Of a DNA stretch of 64,000 bases, positions 60,736 through 64,000 are shown in pieces. A model generated the notes under the pieces. The model did not search any database, was not told where the DNA came from, and saw only the letters and a program-made list of their open reading frames with translations. This DNA comes from Thermodesulfobacteriota bacterium (GTDB lineage Bacteria > Desulfobacterota_D > UBA1144 > Nemesobacterales > JAJCZQ01): NCBI GenBank assembly GCA_965215275.1, contig OZ244044.1:864001-928000 (forward strand), in the 5' to 3' direction. How positions within the stretch are numbered: the first letter of the stretch is position 1; each line of letters begins with the position of its first letter. The position numbers and the translations under genes are program-made.

Positions 60736-62115
60736 TTGAGGCTATTTAGAAAAAACCTGATCTTTATCTTTACGCTCATAATATTAATACCGTTTGCACT
60801 TTCTTTTCTGTCCGATACGAAATATAATAATCTGGTTTTTGTCGTTGGAGCAGCACTTCTGCTGTTCGCACTTCTGCTGTGCTACCGTCTGGAAAGGACG
60901 ATCGGGACCGCTCTTGAAAAGATCGCCGACTTTTCCAGCACGATATCAGAGGGGAAGTTCAGTTCAAAGACGTTCGATCGTTCGCTCGACTATCTGAACC
61001 CCGCCCTGTCGTCAACGTTCGATAACCTTTCAAAAAAACTCAAAAGCACCTTTGCTGACATCAGCAGGGAAAAGAACGAACTTGAGGCTATACTGGACGC
61101 AATAAACGAAGGGGTTATCGTGATATCCGAAAACAGAGAGGTCGCTCTGGTGAACAAATCCGCTATGTCCATGTTCGGTCTTGCCAGAGATCACATAGGC
61201 AAGCCCTACTGGGAAGTGCTGAGGAACAAGCAGCTGAACGAGATGCTCTCTGATACTTTCGAGGAACAGAAAGGGATACAGAAAAAAATAAGCATTATTT
61301 ATCCTGAAGACAGGAGCTACGCTGCAAACACCATCCTGCTGGATAAACCTTCAAAAGAGGTTATCGCCGTTCTGTTCGATATTACCGAGTTCAATAAACT
61401 GGAGAAGATCAAAGCTGATTTCGTTGCAAACGTTTCTCATGAGCTGAAGACGCCACTGACGTCCATTAAAGGCTATACCGAAACCATAGAGGACAACGCG
61501 TACGAGAACAGGGAAGAACTGATGCAGTTTATGAAGATCATCTCACGAAACACGAACAGGCTTATAAGTATCGTTTCAGACCTGTTGATACTTTCAGAAC
61601 TGGAAGGGAAATATACCTACTCTTCCGATGATCCGGATCAGAACTTCGAAAGGGTTAATATGAACGAGATAATCGTCCAGACCACAGCATCACTGAAAAC
61701 GGAGTATCCTGATAAGCCTATACGCAGAAAAATGGACCTGATGGAAGGTCTGCCGACGGTCTATGGGATCAAGTTCTTTTTAGAACAGATGCTTACAAAC
61801 CTGATAGACAACGCCATCAAGTACAATAAACCCGGAGGGGAAATAAATATAACCTCGTTCCTGAACGGAACGTCAGTTGTAGTCAAGATCGCGGATACAG
61901 GTATAGGGGTCCCGAAGGAACATCAGACCAGGGTCTTTGAAAGATTTTACAGAGTGGATAAGGACAGGTCCCGTGAAGTAGGTGGAACTGGATTGGGACT
62001 GAGTATTGTAAAGCACATTGTGCTTGTGCACGGAGGCAGTATTGAACTTAAAAGCGAGCCGGGAGCGGGTAGTGAATTTATAATAGAACTGCCGATAAAC
62101 GCAAATGCAGGATGA
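60736..62115 (+). CDS. phoR: PhoR-like PAS histidine kinase
   Basis: DFVANVSHELKTPLT, NAIKY, FERFYRVDK.RSR..GGTGLGL. Confidence 0.85.
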   Translation: MRLFRKNLIFIFTLIILIPFALSFLSDTKYNNLVFVVGAALLLFALLLCYRLERTIGTALEKIADFSSTISEGKFSSKTFDRSLDYLNPALSSTFDNLSKKLKSTFADISREKNELEAILDAINEGVIVISENREVALVNKSAMSMFGLARDHIGKPYWEVLRNKQLNEMLSDTFEEQKGIQKKISIIYPEDRSYAANTILLDKPSKEVIAVLFDITEFNKLEKIKADFVANVSHELKTPLTSIKGYTETIEDNAYENREELMQFMKIISRNTNRLISIVSDLLILSELEGKYTYSSDDPDQNFERVNMNEIIVQTTASLKTEYPDKPIRRKMDLMEGLPTVYGIKFFLEQMLTNLIDNAIKYNKPGGEINITSFLNGTSVVVKIADTGIGVPKEHQTRVFERFYRVDKDRSREVGGTGLGLSIVKHIVLVHGGSIELKSEPGAGSEFIIELPINANAG

Positions 62116-62291
62116 ATTTGATTATTTAAGAAAAGAATTTCTTACATATGTTTATAAAAGGTAAAGATGAACTCCTCTGCCTGCAAACACTAATTATACA
62201 GTATCAGGAAAAGCATGCCACGCTTTGTCAGTTTATTGAAAGTACAGAGTAAAATTTGATGTTTATTGAATAATTGCTACAATAGTATTTT

Positions 62292-62876
62292 ATGGAAATA
62301 ATTAGCGAAAGATCAGAGATTAAAGATTGCCAGACAGTCCTCACTGATAGCCTAGAAAAAAACCTTACTGAACATTTACCACATCTATCAGGTTTACCAA
62401 AGAAAATTAAGGGACAATCCCGAGAAGTTGCTGATAGCGCCATTCACAATGGCCGTCTATGGTTTGCTTTTAAAGATAAACACAAACATCGTTACTGGAA
62501 CGCATTCGGTCTGACAACAAGCTATAGTAAAAAAGAAGGTTATATTATAATAGCAGAAATTAATTCTCCAAGAGAGGGTATAAGCGACTCGCCAGTAGGC
62601 CCATTTGGCGTTTTTGCTAAGGATAAGGATAAAAAACGATATATTCTGCACCGAGGGAAGTTTAGAGAATATCATCAAGACATTAGTGAAGACAAATCCT
62701 TACACTGGTGGAGAAACAACTACGACTCCTCTGAATTGTCTGAATTGAGCGATAATCAAGAAGCCATATTAATCAGTTCCCTAGAAGATGGCAGTTCACT
62801 GGTCAAAAATATCACGTCGTTTATAAAAAAAGTCCGCGATTTAAAAAACCATCTTCATAAATTCCCTGACAATTAA
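62292..62876 (+). CDS. hypothetical protein resembling N-terminal domains of restriction-type nucleases
   Basis: RYWNAFG, EIN.P, G.FA.D, HRG motifs; no nuclease domain attached. Confidence 0.5.
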   Translation: MEIISERSEIKDCQTVLTDSLEKNLTEHLPHLSGLPKKIKGQSREVADSAIHNGRLWFAFKDKHKHRYWNAFGLTTSYSKKEGYIIIAEINSPREGISDSPVGPFGVFAKDKDKKRYILHRGKFREYHQDISEDKSLHWWRNNYDSSELSELSDNQEAILISSLEDGSSLVKNITSFIKKVRDLKNHLHKFPDN

Positions 62877-63011
62877 AAACTATTGAATCTGTCCCGTTTT
62901 TAATACAGAAGTTAGAAACAACATCCCTAAAACTACACCTCCTAAAAAGTGTTTCATTATAAAAACCTTCTGAATTGCCCTTAGCTGCAATCCTTAACAT
63001 AAGGAATAAAG

Positions 63012-63275
63012 CTATATCAAATAGTTTAGTAAACTATTATCCTTTTCCCTTTGTTCTTTTTCATAAACATCAGATACACCATCGGACTTGTCAGGTTTGG
63101 CGAGTGCTTTTCTAAAAGTCTGGTTTTTATCTTTGTAAACATCTCTTATAGCATCACTGCTAAAACCCCATATATCCGGCTTGGTATAGAACAGTATTGT
63201 ATCGTACTTTCTTGGAAACCACCGATTAGTATTTGATGGTCCGGTGTATAAAACCATATCAGGAAGGTCTGTCAA
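63012..63275 (-). pseudogene. internal fragment of a DNA methyltransferase
   Basis: YTGPSN..RWFPRK.DTILFYTK...F.SDAIR. Confidence 0.5.
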
Positions 63276-63837
63276 TCAAATACTTAAACTGAAGTTTATC
63301 TCCCCTAGTGGATATTTTCAGCATTTGATCTGGTAAGTTATGTAAATCTGAATTACCCATAATGTTTCTAGTTGGTTTTTTGTTCACGCCAATGTTTACT
63401 ATACTTACAAAACGTTCTTCGTATTCTTCCAAAAACTGCGGCTGTGACCAGAATTCTCTACCAATGGATTTACAATAAGCCATAAAGCACCGTGCTCCCT
63501 TTAACTGTTGTCTGATAATTTGATTATCTTGATTTGAATTGCTTCTCTTCATCTCTATGTAAATAATCCAAGCGACTGTGTCATTACTGGCAACAAGAAC
63601 AAAATCGGCTCGTTTACATTCTCCTTTATTATTCTTAAAGATCTTTGTTGGTGCCTCGAAGTTCTTGTCCACATTAATCGCAATAATGTTATTCGGTACG
63701 TTGTTTATTTTAAGAACATACTTTTTTTCATTCCCGGATTCTTTCAAGGTTACAGTATTCTTACCATAATTACGCTCAATCTTGGCACATGCTTCGTCCT
63801 TGATTAAATCATTTAATAACTTCAAATCATCTGCCAT
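63259..63837 (-). CDS. putative PD-(D/E)XK-like protein partnered with an upstream ATPase
   Basis: KRADFVLV...IYIEMK...QLKGA. Confidence 0.55.
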   Translation of the reverse strand: MADDLKLLNDLIKDEACAKIERNYGKNTVTLKESGNEKKYVLKINNVPNNIIAINVDKNFEAPTKIFKNNKGECKRADFVLVASNDTVAWIIYIEMKRSNSNQDNQIIRQQLKGARCFMAYCKSIGREFWSQPQFLEEYEERFVSIVNIGVNKKPTRNIMGNSDLHNLPDQMLKISTRGDKLQFKYLIDRPS

Positions 63838-63840
63838 CCA

Positions 63841-64000
63841 TTATTCTCCCCATATTATATCTTCTTGAATTTCATTCATTTTGTTAATCGTTTCGTCGAA
63901 AGTACTTACCTCAATACCGTTTTGTTGATCTATATCCGCTCCTACAAGAGTATAGTGGCGGCTTTTCCTTTTATTTTTACCTAAGGTCACAAGTGCTTTT
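63841..64000 (-). CDS. 3' end of a probable AAA/ABC-type ATPase (partial)
   Basis: TLVGADIDQQNGIEVSTFDETINKMNEIQEDIIWGE*; the rest is outside the window. Confidence 0.4.
   Translation of the reverse strand, partial: KALVTLGKNKRKSRHYTLVGADIDQQNGIEVSTFDETINKMNEIQEDIIWGE

Noticed and set aside
1..64000. tRNA, rRNA, reverse transcriptase/DGR/retron
   Set aside because: No cloverleaf or rRNA-like segment and no RT motif were recognised by eye; a covariance scan was not run

Overview
A 64-kb piece of a bacterial chromosome. Housekeeping blocks: purK-purE, GH65 phosphorylase with beta-PGM, rpoN-hpf-ptsN-hprK-rapZ-EIIA, trpS, fbp-purC, nuoF, a cytochrome c oxidase cta operon, mreBCD-mrdA-rodA, ygfZ, two porins and phoB-phoR. 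The gene set suggests an aerobic deltaproteobacteria-like organism, possibly Ca. Dadabacteria (inference only). About nine short AT-rich islands interrupt these blocks, and most carry related ~24-bp GG(G/T)AATTA.. or GGGGACTATA.. ends of IS1595 type plus IS1595 transposase relics. Island cargo includes: (1) a TnpB with intact RuvC motifs inside a 1.3-kb element bounded by terminal inverted repeats (TIRs) and an 8-bp target duplication, which splits a Panacea antitoxin gene; (2) a second, internally deleted element keeping the same omegaRNA-like 3' motif; (3) two, perhaps three, orphan phage major-capsid genes; (4) antitoxins whose toxins have decayed, and a HicA-HicB fusion; (5) a repeated promoter/leader module and three identical 27-bp direct repeats bracketing gene-sized inserts; (6) homopolymer-frameshifted genes, namely a surface subtilase lacking catalytic residues and a methyltransferase leader. 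No rRNA, tRNA or CRISPR array was seen. All family calls are by eye from motifs; no searches were run.
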